Positions 1 through 12,418 are shown, counted from the stretch's first letter. The stretch is 64,000 bases of DNA from Eledone cirrhosa (GCA_964016885.1 OZ024741.1:278752001-278816000), one strand, 5' to 3'. Notes: a model not told the origin generated them from the sequence alone. Numbers and translations are program-made.

Positions 1-473
1 AGGCGGTTTTTCTCTGTACGGTGGCTATGGTGAAAGAAGTTATATGGTGGACGAGGTTGAGAGGACTGAGGACAGATGCCTTTCTCTCCGGACAACAATT
101 GATTCCCTTCTTTAAGTATCACTTTAGAAGGAGAATCAGGGTGGAAAGAGAGGCACTGCACCCCAGTAAATTTACTGAAAGGTAGGTGAATGAAGCGAAA
201 ATGGCCCGAGTGATTGGGCCTTCTCTGTTTATAAGCCTGTAGGTTGAGGAGAGCAAAAGGAAGAAAGGAGCACTTGCACAACACGCTCCTGGAGTTGAGA
301 GTTGTTCTATCGACGGGGTATTAAACAACCCATTTGTGGTGCCTCCCCCCTATTGGAGATTTCGATTGTTGTAATTGTTTGTTTTTATATTTTTTACACG
401 ACTGTATGTAAAATCCCCGGCATGTCTTTGTATTGTCCCCTTTTCTTGTTGCGCCCTTGTGGCTAATAAAGAA

Positions 474-476
<3 letters not shown>
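1..476 (+). mobile_element. 3' end of L1/Tx1-like LINE (ORF2 C-terminus + 3' UTR)
   Basis: Frame 3 reads AVFLCTVAMVKEVIWWTRLRGLRTDAFLSGQQLIPFFKYHFRRRIRVERE, homologous to the 6926-7705 ORF; ends GCCCTTGTGGCTAATAAAGAAATC followed by (CTAT)n. Confidence 0.8.
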
Positions 477-559
<83 letters not shown>

Positions 560-562
560 CTG
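474..562. repeat. (ATCT)n microsatellite
   Basis: Direct reading. Confidence 0.95.
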
Positions 563-744
563 TCTAGATAATTATCTGTCTGTCTGCTACCATTTAGAAC
601 TAATTAACTAATTGCCAAGTGACTTCTATAGAGAGACGTGTAATCCTTACTACTTCCAACCTCCCACTTATGCCGTCTCTCTCACTTATTGTCTTCCTCG
701 ATAGTCATCATGCATCCCATCACAGCACTTGACAAATTCACTCA

Positions 745-852
745 CATCACCACCATTACAACAACAACAACAACTCCTCCTCCTCCTACTACTACTACTA
801 CTACTACCACGACCACCACCATCAATACCACCACCACTGCCACCACCACCAT

Positions 853-912
<60 letters not shown>

Positions 913-918
913 CATCAT
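745..918. repeat. Compound trinucleotide microsatellite (ACA/CCT/ACT/ACC)
   Basis: Direct reading; explains the poly-T/L/V ORFs. Confidence 0.95.
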
Positions 919-1199
919 CTGCTTCATTATGTACTTCTGGTGATTTCTAGGGGTGGGGCTTGTGCTGCAACTAGAAATCCTTCTGCCTCGTCCAGTGCTT
1001 CGTAGCCAGTTTTTTTGTACTTTGCTTGTCTACTTACTTTCTATTCAGCCTTTTCAGGTATTGGCTATGTAAGGATTTTTCTTGCCATCGTTTAAATATG
1101 GTATTCCAGGGGTCTATTTTCAGTTTCGATTTTAAGTTTTTCACAATTTCTGTTGTTGTTTCTTGTCTGTTTTCATTTTCCACTCTGCTAGCTGTTAAT

Positions 1200-2908
1200 C
1201 GACACGAGAGTGCAAGAGAAGGAGAGGGAGAAAATTAACCGATACCAGGACTTAAAGTGGGAGGTAAAAAGGATTTGGAACTGCCATGAAGTCGAAGTGG
1301 TCCCGATTGTCATAGGCGCACTAGGTACTATCTCAAAAAGTTTCCAGGGATGGTTAAAGAAAATTGGCCCCGCCACGCTTTTTGGAACGCTTCAAAAGGC
1401 ATGCTTGCTGGGAACAACAAGAACCCTCCGATACGTCCTGAATATCTGAGGCTGCAGGTAGTGGCTTGATATTCATTTCAACAAACTTTCCAGTTAACTA
1501 ACATCAGTGACTGAGACTCAAAGAATAATAATGATAATAATATAAAAAAAAAGGCTACAGAAGGAATGCTAATGGCTGCGCAAGAGTAGACCCTCAAAAC
1601 GAAGTGGTTGAAACACCATATTTACAAGGAGGAGGCTAGCCCACTGTGCAGGATCTGTGGAGAGAGAGAGAGGAGACTGTGGCTCACATTGTATCCGAGT
1701 GTAAACACCTAGCCCAGACTCACTATAAGGGCTGGAGACATGATGTGATAGGCAGGGTGATCCACTGGCACCTATGCAAACTAAACAATTTACCACATTC
1801 TGAGAAGTGGTATGAGCATAAGCCAGAGTCGGTGATAGAAAACGATCAGGTGAAGGTGCCGTGGGATTTTAGGATACAGACGGACAAGAAACTGGAACAC
1901 AATAGACCTGACCTGGTGGTTTTGGACAAGGAAAACAGATCGTGCCTGATTGTGGATGTGGCCTTCCCATTCGACACGAGAGTGCAAGAGAAGGAGAGGG
2001 AGAAAATTAACCGATACCAGGACTTACAGTGGGAGGTAAAAAGGATTTGGAACTGCCATGAAGTCAAAGTGGTCCCGATTGTCATAGGCGCACTAGGTAC
2101 TATCTCAAAAAGTGTCCAGGGATGGTAAAGAAAATTGGCCCCGCCACGCTTTTTGGAACGCTTCAAAAGGCATGCTTGCTGGGAACAGCAAGAACCCTCC
2201 GATACGTCCTGAATATCTGAGGCTGCAGTTAGTGGCTTGATATTCATTTAAAAAAACTTTCCAGTTAACTAACATCAATGACTGAGACTCAAAGAATAAT
2301 AATAATAATAATAATATAAAAAAAGGCTACAGAAGGAATGCTAATGGCTGCGCAAGAGTAGACCCTCAAAACGAAGTGGTTGAAACACCATATTTAAAAG
2401 GAGGAGGCTAGCCCACTGTGCAGGATCTGTGGAGAGAGAGAGGAGACTGTGGCTCACATTGTATCCGAGTGTAAACACCTAGCCCAGACTCACTATAAGG
2501 GCTGGAGACATGATGTGATGGGCAGGGTGATCCACTGGCACCTATGCAAACTAAACAATTTACCACATTCTGAGAAATGGTATGAGCATAGGCCAGAGGC
2601 GGTGATAGAAAACGATCAGGTGAAGGTGCCGTGGGATTTTAGGATACAGACGGACAAGAAACTGGAACACAATAGACCTGACCTGGTGGTTTTGGACAAG
2701 GAAAAAAGATCATGCTTGATTGTGGATGTGGCCTGCCCATTCGACACGAGAGTGCAAGAGAAGGAGAGGGAGAAAATTAACCGATACCAGGACTTAAAGT
2801 GGGAGGTAAAAAGGATTTGGAACTGAATATCTGAGGCTGCAGGTAGTGGCTTGATATTCATTTCAACAAACTTTCCAGTTAACTAACATCAATGACTGAG
2901 ACTCAAAG
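1200..2908 (+). mobile_element. Three tandem 5'-truncated R4/Dong-clade LINE 3' fragments (about 1200-1522, 1543-2294, 2317-2908) separated by (AAT)n
   Basis: CxxC..ETVAHIVSEC knuckle, RHD, NRPD, KINRYQDL, PIVIGALG restriction-like endonuclease motifs; identical 3' UTR ending GACTCAAAG-(AAT)n. Confidence 0.9.
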
Positions 2909-2911
2909 AAC

Positions 2912-2985
<74 letters not shown>
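2909..2985. repeat. (AAT)n microsatellite, insertion target
   Basis: Direct reading. Confidence 0.95.
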
Positions 2986-2987
<2 letters not shown>

Positions 2988-3010
2988 CTAGATTCTATAA
3001 GGACAATAAT

Positions 3011-5512
3011 ATGTTCAAAAACAACCAAAGAAACTTCTACAGAAAAATTGGTAAGTCAACAATAACTGCTAAATCAATACCACCCAAGGAGGAAGTGCAA
3101 GAATTCTGGGAAAAGATCTGGGCCGAAGAAAAAGTTCATAACATACATGCCCCATGGATAGACAGACAAATGAAAGAAACAGCTCACCTTGAAGAACAAA
3201 CATGGGAAAATATAACAGTTGAACAGCTGCGCTTGGCTCTAAGAAAAACCAGCAAATGGAAATCCCCAGGAAAAGACAAAATACAAAACTTTTTGATAAA
3301 TGCCTTCACAGAGTCTCATGAGCTGTTAGCCCAACTTTACAATGAAATAGTTAAGGAGCCAGAAAAGATACCATCATGGCTAGTTAACGGCATTACATTC
3401 CTGCTACCGAAGAATGATGAGACAAACAATCCCAAAAATTACAGACCGATAACCTGCTTGACCACAATGTATAAAATTTTAACATCAGTCCTAACTGAAT
3501 ACACATATGACCACCTGATAATAAATGACCTATTTCCCATTGAGCAGAAAGGGTGTAAACGAGGCTCATATGGCTGTAAGGATCAGCTTCTGGTTAACAA
3601 AATGATACTGGAAGATTGTCATAATAGACACAAAAATCTATCGATTGCTTGGATAGATTATAAAAAAGCATTTGATAGTTTGCCACACAGTTGGATTGAA
3701 AAATGTTTAGAGATTTTCAAAATATCCCCCGTTGTCAGGAGGTTTTTGTCATTCAGTATGAGGACATGGAGAACGACACTCCTTTTGAATAGTGAAACAA
3801 AATCACTGGAAGCTGGAGAAGTTAACATTAATTGTGGAATTTTTCAGGGTGACTCTTTAGCACCGCTTTTATTCTGCATCGCACTTATACGATTAAGTAA
3901 AATGCTCAACGAAACAAAACATGGATATAGAGTCTATGACAAAACCATTAATCACCTGTTCTACATGGATGACCTGAAACTATTCGCAAAAAATGATGAA
4001 CAATTGCAAGGGCTATTATCCACTGTGAAGCAGTTCAGTGATGACATTAAAATGGAGTTTGGACTGGATAAATGCGCCAAAGCAACGTTCACCAGAGGAA
4101 AGCTGCTGAAGAGTTCAGACATTAATCTTGATCGGGGGAACGTGATAAGAGAGCTTGATCAAGAACAAACTTACAAATATCTAGGTGTTTGTGAAGGAGA
4201 CGGAATCAAGCACTCGACAATGAGGGAAAGGATAAGGAAGGAATGTTACCGCAGAGTCAGAGCAATCTTAAGAACGGAATTGAATGCAAGGAATAGGATC
4301 GATGCCATAAACACGCTTGCCATACCAGTAGTAACCTACAGTTACAATGTCATCAACTGGTCAAGCACAGAGATCCGTAGGCTCGATACAAAAATCCGAA
4401 AATTCTTAAACATGCACAGAATGCATCACCCTAAGGCAGACATAGATAGAATATATCTCCCTAGGAAAGAAGGAGGACGTGGGTTAATCCAGTTAGACAT
4501 TGCGTTGAAAACTGCAACAATTGGATTATCCACATATCTAAGGGAATCACATGATTGGATGATCAAACTCGTTTTGAAACACGAAAGCACCAAAAGATCA
4601 TATTCCATTACAAAAGATGCACAAAGATACAGTAATGGACTACAAATTTCAGAAGTCCCATTTACTGCTGAAATGGAAAACACAGAAAAAGCAAAGCAGG
4701 TAAAAGTAACTGCAAAGAAAGAACTGCTACAGAAACTGGCTAAGAAATGGCAAGAAAAGCCTCTGTATGGAAAATACCCAGAGCGAGCTAACAATCCTGA
4801 TGTTGACAAAACTTTAACCCATCAGTGGTTGGCATCCTCTGGACTGAAATCGGAGACTGAAGGACTGATTATATCCGCACAAGATCAGTGTCTGCCAACA
4901 AAAAATTACCAAGCCAACATAATAAAAAATGGGTGCAGCTCATTATGCCGTGTATGCAAAAAACAACCAGAGACCATTGACCATATAATTTCAATGTGCA
5001 GTCCTATAGCTCCAACCGAATACCTAAACAGGCATGACAGAGCTGCACAATACATACATTGGATAATGTGTAAGCATTTTGACCTGCCCCATCAAAAGAA
5101 TTGGTGGGAGCATCAACCACCTCCCATACTTGAAAAAGATCACATCTCAATCTTGTGGAACTTTAGCATCCAAACAGACCGAAAAATAGATGCAAATAGA
5201 CCTGATATAATATTGAAGGACTTTCAAAGGAGGGTATGCCTGCTAATTGATATGTCTGTTCCAATAGACAAGAATGTATCTATAAAAACATTTGAAAAAT
5301 TGAGCAAGTATAAGGACCTGGAGATAGAAATTGGAAAAATGTGGAAATTGAGAACTAAAACAATACCAGTGGTTGTAGGCGCTCTGGGAATGATACCTAA
5401 GGGGTCTAACGACTACTTATCGCAAATCCCAGGAAACCCGCGTATAGGAGAAATACAAAAGATAGTACTAATGGGAACTGCCCATATACTAAGGAAGATC
5501 CTGTCAATATAA
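3011..5512 (+). CDS. RT + CCHC + restriction-like endonuclease ORF of an R4/Dong-clade non-LTR retrotransposon (5'-truncated element about 2986-5655)
   Basis: 833 aa uninterrupted; KSPGKD, YRPITCL, WIDYKKAFDS, GIFQGDSL, YMDDLK, YKYLG, EGGRGL, CRVC..ETIDHIISMC, RHD, RPD, KYKDL, PVVVGALG; flanked by (AAT)n on both sides. Confidence 0.93.
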   Translation: MFKNNQRNFYRKIGKSTITAKSIPPKEEVQEFWEKIWAEEKVHNIHAPWIDRQMKETAHLEEQTWENITVEQLRLALRKTSKWKSPGKDKIQNFLINAFTESHELLAQLYNEIVKEPEKIPSWLVNGITFLLPKNDETNNPKNYRPITCLTTMYKILTSVLTEYTYDHLIINDLFPIEQKGCKRGSYGCKDQLLVNKMILEDCHNRHKNLSIAWIDYKKAFDSLPHSWIEKCLEIFKISPVVRRFLSFSMRTWRTTLLLNSETKSLEAGEVNINCGIFQGDSLAPLLFCIALIRLSKMLNETKHGYRVYDKTINHLFYMDDLKLFAKNDEQLQGLLSTVKQFSDDIKMEFGLDKCAKATFTRGKLLKSSDINLDRGNVIRELDQEQTYKYLGVCEGDGIKHSTMRERIRKECYRRVRAILRTELNARNRIDAINTLAIPVVTYSYNVINWSSTEIRRLDTKIRKFLNMHRMHHPKADIDRIYLPRKEGGRGLIQLDIALKTATIGLSTYLRESHDWMIKLVLKHESTKRSYSITKDAQRYSNGLQISEVPFTAEMENTEKAKQVKVTAKKELLQKLAKKWQEKPLYGKYPERANNPDVDKTLTHQWLASSGLKSETEGLIISAQDQCLPTKNYQANIIKNGCSSLCRVCKKQPETIDHIISMCSPIAPTEYLNRHDRAAQYIHWIMCKHFDLPHQKNWWEHQPPPILEKDHISILWNFSIQTDRKIDANRPDIILKDFQRRVCLLIDMSVPIDKNVSIKTFEKLSKYKDLEIEIGKMWKLRTKTIPVVVGALGMIPKGSNDYLSQIPGNPRIGEIQKIVLMGTAHILRKILSI

Positions 5513-5668
5513 GTACATCACAAGTCTAAACACTAAGGATGCATGTGTGAATATGTGTGTTCTTTCTTGAACATGGCGGACCTTGTTGTCTCTTGAGGTC
5601 ACTGGTTGTGACTTGGTGATAACTCGTATAAACATAAAGCAAGATAAATGCAAATAATGATAATAATA

Positions 5669-6569
5669 GTACTGAAGAAGAGGACAATGGACCAGGGATG
5701 TCCAGGGAGGAAATAACAAGGAGGAAGAGCAACCTTCATGAAAATCACTTCATAGTACCTTCTTTGAGAAAACTGAATTTAGAGATCCACAGACATGGAA
5801 CTGGTTAAAAAGAGACCTTAAAAAGGCTACAGAAGGAATGCTGATGGCTGCGCAAGAGCAGGCCCTCAGAACGAAGTGGGTGAAACACCATATTTACAAG
5901 GAGGAGGCTAGCCCACTGTGTAGGATCTGTGGAGAGAGAGAGAGGAGACTGTGGCTCACATTGTATCCGAGTGTAAACACCTAGCCCAGACTCACTATAA
6001 AGGCTGGAGACATGATGTGATGGGCAGGGTGATACACTGGCACCTATGCAAACTAAACAATTTACCACATTCTGAGAAGTGGTATGAGCATAAGCCAGAG
6101 TCGGTGATAGAAAACGATCAGGTGAAGGTGCTATGGGATTTTAGGATACAGACGGACAAGAAACTGGAACACAATAGACCTGACCTGGTGGTTTTGGACA
6201 AAAGGGAAAAAGATTGTGCCTGATTGTAGATGTAGCCTGTCCATTTGACACGAGAGTGCAAGAAAAGGAAAGGGAGAAAATTAACCAATACCAGGATTTA
6301 AATTGGGAGGTAAAAAGGATTTAGAACTGCCATGAAGTCAGAGTCATCCCGATTGTCATAGGCACACTAGGTACTATCTCAAAGAGTTTCCAAGGATGGT
6401 TAATGAAAATTAGTCCAGCCCCGCTTTTTGGAACACTTCAAAAGGCATGCTTGCTGGGAACAGCACGAACCCTCCGATACGGCCTGAATATCTGAGGCTG
6501 CAGGTAGTGGCTTGATATTCATTTCAACAAACTTTCTAATTAAATAACATCAATGACTGAGACTCAAAG
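5669..6569 (+). mobile_element. Decayed 5'-truncated R4/Dong LINE, same family as 1200-2908
   Basis: TWNWLKRDLKKATEGMLMAAQEQAL, RHD, NRPD with frameshifts; same 3' UTR plus (AAT)n. Confidence 0.88.
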
Positions 6570-6590
6570 AATAATAATAATAATAATAAT

Positions 6591-7661
6591 GATTTCTTTA
6601 TTGGCCACAAGGGCTGACATCAAGAAAAACATTACAGACGGCACAGGACGGTACGATGTGGGGTTTGTTCGTGTAAAGATTTTTATTATTTATATAAGAA
6701 AAGAAAAAAAAGACATAGAAACATATATATATATAAACAATAAAAATGAAAATTGAAACATTCAAAAAAATTCAAACAAAAAATTCACTAATAGGGGTGA
6801 AACTTCCGAGGGTCACTTGTGCCGAAAAAGACCAATGCCACCCTGACCACCAGGGCAAGCGCCCTCTCAGTTTTCCCACTCCTCAGTCTATAGGCGCATA
6901 CTCAGAGCGTGCCCGTTCACTCGGATCAGACTCGCACTTTCACCCACCTTTCAACAAACTTACTAGAAGACAGCACTTGCCTCTCCACCCTGATTTTCCT
7001 CTTCAAGTGAAACTTGAAAAAGTTAATCAGGGATTGGCCGGAGAGGAAAGTGTCCGTCTTCAACCCTTTCAACCTTGTCCACCACACAATCTCTTTCGCC
7101 ATGGCCACCAGGCAGATGAAGACTGCCTGCCCTTCCTCCTCTTTAAAGGAGGATGGCGGGGATATCTGCACAATGGACTCAGTCGATAACCGGATCCGTC
7201 TTACACGCGACAGCAGCTGTTCGACATAGCTCCACAAGTCAGCAATCCGCGGGCACTGAACGAGTGCGTGCAGGACGGTTTCCTCGGCTTGCGCGCATCT
7301 CAGACAAGCTCGGCTGACAGCACCTCCGTGCCTGTAGAGCTTATCCCGAACCGGCAACGCTCCCCGGTAGCACTGCCAGGCCAGGGTTTTCTGGAAGTTG
7401 TCCATAGGCCCCAGTCTGAAAGTTCTCTTGAAGAGAGCGAACAGCTGATCATCTTCGACGCCCAGGGTCTCCCCGAGAACGTCGTCGCTCTTTCCCTCCA
7501 CTAGCCCTCTATAGAACGCCGAGGTGGATGTTCCACCGATACTAGTGCACAACTGGTAGAGGGCGGTGAGCGATTGGAGACATTCCAGCTTCCAAGCGCT
7601 ATCCCTCGGTCTTTTCCTTATCCAGGGCTGCAGCTCTGTCAAGGAGACGAGCTGGGGAAAA
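6591..7661 (-). mobile_element. 5'-truncated L1/Tx1-like LINE (ORF2 C-terminal Zn knuckle + 3' UTR)
   Basis: ORF 6926-7705: LAWQCYRGALPVRDKL, CLRCAQAEETVLHALVQC (zf-RVT-type region); tail CCCTTGTGGCCAATAAAGAAATC-(ATT)n. Confidence 0.85.
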
Positions 7662-7675
7662 GATAATAATAATAA

Positions 7676-7870
7676 TGCTTTCTGATTTAGGTACAAGGCC
7701 GGCAATTTTGGGGGAGGTGAAAGTCGATTAAATCGACCTCAGTGCGTTACTGGTATTTTATTTTATCGACCCTGTAAGGAAAAAAGCAAAGCTAGTTTCG
7801 GCAAGATTTGAACTCAGAACATAAAGGGCCGTAACTATATGCTGCAAAGCATGTTGTCCGACGCTCTACT
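7676..7870 (-). mobile_element. tRNA-derived SINE (family 1)
   Basis: B-box GAGTTCAAATC on minus strand, shared core and tail. Confidence 0.8.
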
Positions 7871-7939
7871 AATACTAATTTGATAATAATAATTCTAATT
7901 GTCATCATCAGATAGTAATATAGCACCAACACCATTATC

Positions 7940-8690
7940 ACTTCACTCGACCCAACACTGAAGCTCAGTCGAAGGGATGAACTGCCAAAAGACGCACCTG
8001 ATAAAAAACGACCACACCTGGTCAATGTCTAGGAACGATTGCAAAGGACATAGTTTCAGCGCATGTTTGTGTATCAACAGATATGTTATGCCGAGCCCTC
8101 CGTGCAAAAGGTGCTGGTAGCATGTGAACCGCCTGACCAGGATAGCACGTCTCTCCAACAAAAAATGAAAGAGAAAACGCTCGAATTTGGTGAGCCAAGA
8201 ACTAGGGCAAGTCACGACGTCCATGCGATAATATATGACAGAGGCAATGTATATATGTTCATCACCTCTGTTCAACCTTTAAGGGATAAAATCTTCTCGG
8301 TACATTTCCGGATGAGACAAACTACCCTGCTTATTAACGCATACCAGGTTCCTACCCACCTGGAGGTCCGGACCAAACCAGACTCTTAGCAACGTAACCG
8401 GTCTGTCCGAGCTGCAAACCTATCGACTTGTCTAGGTTACTCTTTGCCCCTGTTAAATGTTCGTATTCTTGTGCGATCGACACAATCACACAACCATATT
8501 TCATATAGAGTTTTCTCTTCTTGAGCATCTGATGCTGTTTTCAGACGCTGGCTCCTCTACGACACACAAAGGTATAAAACACTTTTTACAGTTTCATAGG
8601 AATCATTACTGCTGCCTTTCTAACATCAATTCTGATAATTTCCTTAGCCTGGGTCAATTTAGTAAGTTTCTTGGCAAGAGATAGCAGATA
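7940..8690 (-). mobile_element. Old degraded L1/Tx1-like ORF2 fragment
   Basis: ORF 7943-8275 (LFHFL...HGGLGI...HALKL) resembles the post-RT region of L1/Tx1 ORF2 and overlaps by homology with the 6926 ORF start. Confidence 0.55.
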
Positions 8691-9011
8691 TAATTATTTT
8701 GGTTAATTTCAGTGGCTGAAAAAGACGTTTTAATCGTGTTGTTGCTGTTGTTGTTTCTATCGCCAATGGTGCTGTTGTTGTTTATGTTGTTGTTGCTGTT
8801 TTCTTTGCTGTTGTTGTTTCTATCGCCAATGGTGCTGTTGTTGTTTATGTTGTTGTTGCTGTTGCTGTTTTCTGCCGCTGATAATATTTTTATCATTTTC
8901 ATTGATACCTTTTGTTGCAGTTGTGGAGGTGGTGCTGATATCAATAACAGTGTGTTTGGTATCACTATAATTTTGGTCTGTTTTGTTTTTGTTAGAGTTA
9001 GTTTTTGTTGC

Positions 9012-10590
9012 TGGTACATTACTGGTACTTTATTTTATCGACCTCGTAAGGATGAAAGGCAAAGTTAACCTCGACGGGATTTGAACTCAGACCGTAAAGG
9101 GACGTAACTATACTGGAAAGCATGGCGTCCGACTCTTAGCAATAATTGTTTCTACTTTTGGCACAAGGCCAGCAATTACCCAGTACATTACTGGTACTTT
9201 ATTTTTTCGACCCCGTAAGGATGAAAGGCAAAGTTAACCTCGGCGGGAATTGAACTCAGACCATAAAGGGCCGTAACTCTTTGCTATCAATAATGGTAAT
9301 GGAAATGGTATCAGATGCTGTAAGCGTTGGTAAATGGTTGCTATTTTGTCAGAGAGAGAGATAGAAAGAAAGCTGATCATAACTTTCGCACCCCTTCTCC
9401 ATGTTGTTCAATTATCGCCAAATCTGATGCCATTTTCAGAAAAATCTTCGATAAAAACAAAGATATTCAAATGGGAAACACCCTCTCTTAGAGCCAGAAG
9501 TTTGGGGCCGTTTCTTTTATGAAATCAAAGTATTTGACCTTACTCATGATATATGTGGTCATAATACTAAATAAAAACTGACAGAGACAGGTTCGAAATA
9601 GCAAAATGATGATACACATTCAATTTAAACTAGCACCTATAATTGTTGCTACATTTGGCACAAGGCCAGACATTTGAAGGCGATAGGAACTCGATTAAAT
9701 CGACCCTAGTGAGTTACTGGTACTTTAATTTGTCGACCCCTGAGGTTGAAAGGTAAATCTAACATCGGCGGGATTTGAACTCAGTACGCAAAGGGCCGTG
9801 ACTATATGTCAGAAAGCATGTTGTCCGACGCTCAACCGATTCTGTCAATTCACCGCCCTCATGAAAACGTAATAATGGTTTCTGATTTAGGCAGAAGGCC
9901 AACGATTTTTTGGGGGAGGGGAAAGTTGATTATATCGACCCCAGTACTTGACTGGTACTTTATTTTATCGACCTCGTAAGGATGAAAGGTAAAGCTAACC
10001 TCGATGGAATATAAACGCAGAACGTAAATGGCCATAACTCTATGCTGCAAAGCATGGTGTCTGATGCTCTACCGATACTGCCAATCCACCGCCCTAATGA
10101 AAACGTTATAATGATTTCTAATATAGGAACAAGGCCAATAATTTGGGTGGAGGGGCAAGTACCTGATTGGTACTTTATTTTATCGACCCCCGTAAGGATG
10201 AAAGGCAAAGTTAACCCCGGCGGTATTTGAACTCAGAACGTAAAGGGCCATAACTCTATGCTGCAAAGCATGGTGTCTGACACTCTACTGATACTGCCAA
10301 TCCACCGCCTTAATGAAAACATAATAATGCTTTCTTTATTAACCACAAGGGTTCAATGAAAACGTAATAATAAGAACACTTTATTAATGCTTGTAATATC
10401 GATAATTGTTTCTACTTTAGGCACAAGGCCAGCAATTACCCAGTGCATTACTGGTACTTTATTTTATCGACCCCGTAAGGATGAAAGGCAAAGTCAACCT
10501 CGGCGGGATTTGAACTCAGATCGTAAAGGGACGTAACTATGCTGGAAACATGGCGTCCGACCCTCTACCGATACTGCCAATCCACCGCTT
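9012..10590 (-). mobile_element. Cluster of about 6 family-1 tRNA-derived SINEs
   Basis: Repeated minus-strand A-box TGGCAG(A/T)ATCGG, B-box GAGTTCAAATCC, core GCCTTTCATCCTTACGGGGTCGATAAAATAAAGTACCAG, tail GGCCTTGTGCC..AGAAACAATT; TSD TAATATCGATAAT around 10403-10590. Confidence 0.88.
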
Positions 10591-11181
10591 TTAATATCGA
10601 TAATAATGAACAATTCTAATAATAATGATAGGTGCAGGTGACGCTAGACCTTTACATGTATCCATTAAAAATCTTAAATGGAAGAATTTTGTGAAGTATG
10701 GTATTAGTTAAGCTAATGCCACTACCGAACCAAATTCCATGTCCATTGTTCTGCACAGCTGAATTCATTCTTAATAAAGGAGATGGTTTATTCATGTAGA
10801 ATAATAAAAAAAAAGAACAAAACAGCTATATTGCGTTGGCAGCAGCGTTGGTGATGACTATATAGTGAGAGTGTGAGGAAAGATTTGTTTCAAACCATTA
10901 TTTAAATATCACTGATATAAAGTCCTCCGTTACTTTCCGCTAAAGAAACAGATAAAACAAAAGAAAATGTAAAGAAAAGAGGGAAAATATTATAATGAAC
11001 AGTTTTGATGATGTAAAATGACTTTCTGTTTTCTCCATTTTCATTTCGTATCAATTCTTTATGTCTTACCATAGGGATTTGTTCCTTCGTCAGAATTCAC
11101 GCATCCATTATAATCTCTGTTTTCTACATCGTCAGTAGACACAGCAAACGTTATCTATCTATCTGAATGACTGTCTCAAAA

Positions 11182-11525
11182 AGGCGGCCAATTGACAGAG
11201 TCGTTAGAACATCGGATAAAATGTTTTATTGTATTCGTTTCGGCTCTCTGCTCTCTGAGTTCAAATCCCGCCGAAATCAACTTTGCCTTTCATCCATTCG
11301 AGGTCAATAAAAAAGTACCAGTCAAATACTGAGTTTGACTCTTGCTCTATATCCCTTTCTCACTTCTATTCTCTCACTCTCTCTATCATTTTCTGGAAGA
11401 AAGCTGCTCTATTCAGACGTAGAGAGGATTGGACTCCGCCAGGTTTTAAAATGCCCTAGAACCGCCGTATGTCAATATGGTGCCCCTACGACTCCCTCAA
11501 GAGTTACGGGACCATGCATGTCTGC
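11182..11525 (+). mobile_element. SINE with family-1 head/core but alternative 3' body (family 1b)
   Basis: Same head/core then TTCAGAC.TAGAGAGG...GCCCCTACGACTCCC...GAGTTAC; relatives at 29422-29730, 31325-31590, 57719-57985(-). Confidence 0.7.
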
Positions 11526-11589
11526 CTCGTTCTCGTAATAGTTTATGATTTAAAGAAGGAACTGTGCTGGATTATCGTCAGTTTTAACG

Positions 11590-11855
11590 ATTATTGTTCC
11601 AGTTGTACGAACAACTGAACATCCTGCTCGAGAAATTTAGCGAACATCCACAGAAACGTGCATCTTTAACGTAATTCCCAGGGAGATTCAGCGTAATAAA
11701 GTGTGATAAGCATGGCCTTTGGATACAACTCATTTTTGTCGGCTGAGTGGACTAGTGGAATGTGAAATAAAGTGACTTGGTGAAGGACACAACATGCCGC
11801 TATCAATTGAAGCCATGATCTTACAATCATGTGCTAAACACGCTAACCACTAAAC
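11590..11855 (-). mobile_element. Degenerate tRNA-derived SINE (family 2)
   Basis: Minus strand TGTCCTTCACCAAGTCACTTTATTTCAC matches 40937-41055 and 50803-50960. Confidence 0.6.
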
Positions 11856-12174
11856 AAGGGAAGACAATGTTATACGCACACAATATATGTGGCAAATATT
11901 GTGGGTGTCGGCTCTTCTACATTAAGGTGGAGGAGGTAGTGTTGGTGAAGAATACAATTATTACACAGAATTTAGAGGAGATCTTCCTAATAAATGAACA
12001 TTTCGACAGCATCATAATTATTCATACTTTTACATGCACACTCACCCGAACATACAAACACACACATGCAAAAACACGCACGCACGCACACACACGCACA
12101 CATCAAACATTAAGCTAATATATATCACAATTGTTCTGTATCGTTCTCCTGTGTTGTTTTACACAGACACACAC

Positions 12175-12226
<52 letters not shown>

Positions 12227-12227
<1 letters not shown>

Positions 12228-12415
12228 CGAAGGAGTTGTGGTAAGGAACCAGATGGACCATAACGCACCAGAGTACTCAATTCTTAGGGTAGTAGAGTGG
12301 GTAATGGGAAAAAGTATAACCCCGACGGCAGAGCTCAAGCCGTTTCAACGGCTATTTCTGGACCCGAAATAGCCGTCGAAACGGCTTGAGCTCTGCCGTC
12401 GGGGTCATACTTTTT

Positions 12416-12418
<3 letters not shown>
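12227..12418. mobile_element. (TA)n-flanked fold-back element with ~50-bp hairpin
   Basis: Arms 12310-12358 and 12366-12418 are inverted; homologous copy in opposite orientation at 56850-57048. Confidence 0.8.

Noticed and set aside
8712-9068. Hydrophobic membrane-protein-like ORF
   Set aside because: Degenerate (TTG)n repeat with a 63-bp duplication, ending in a SINE
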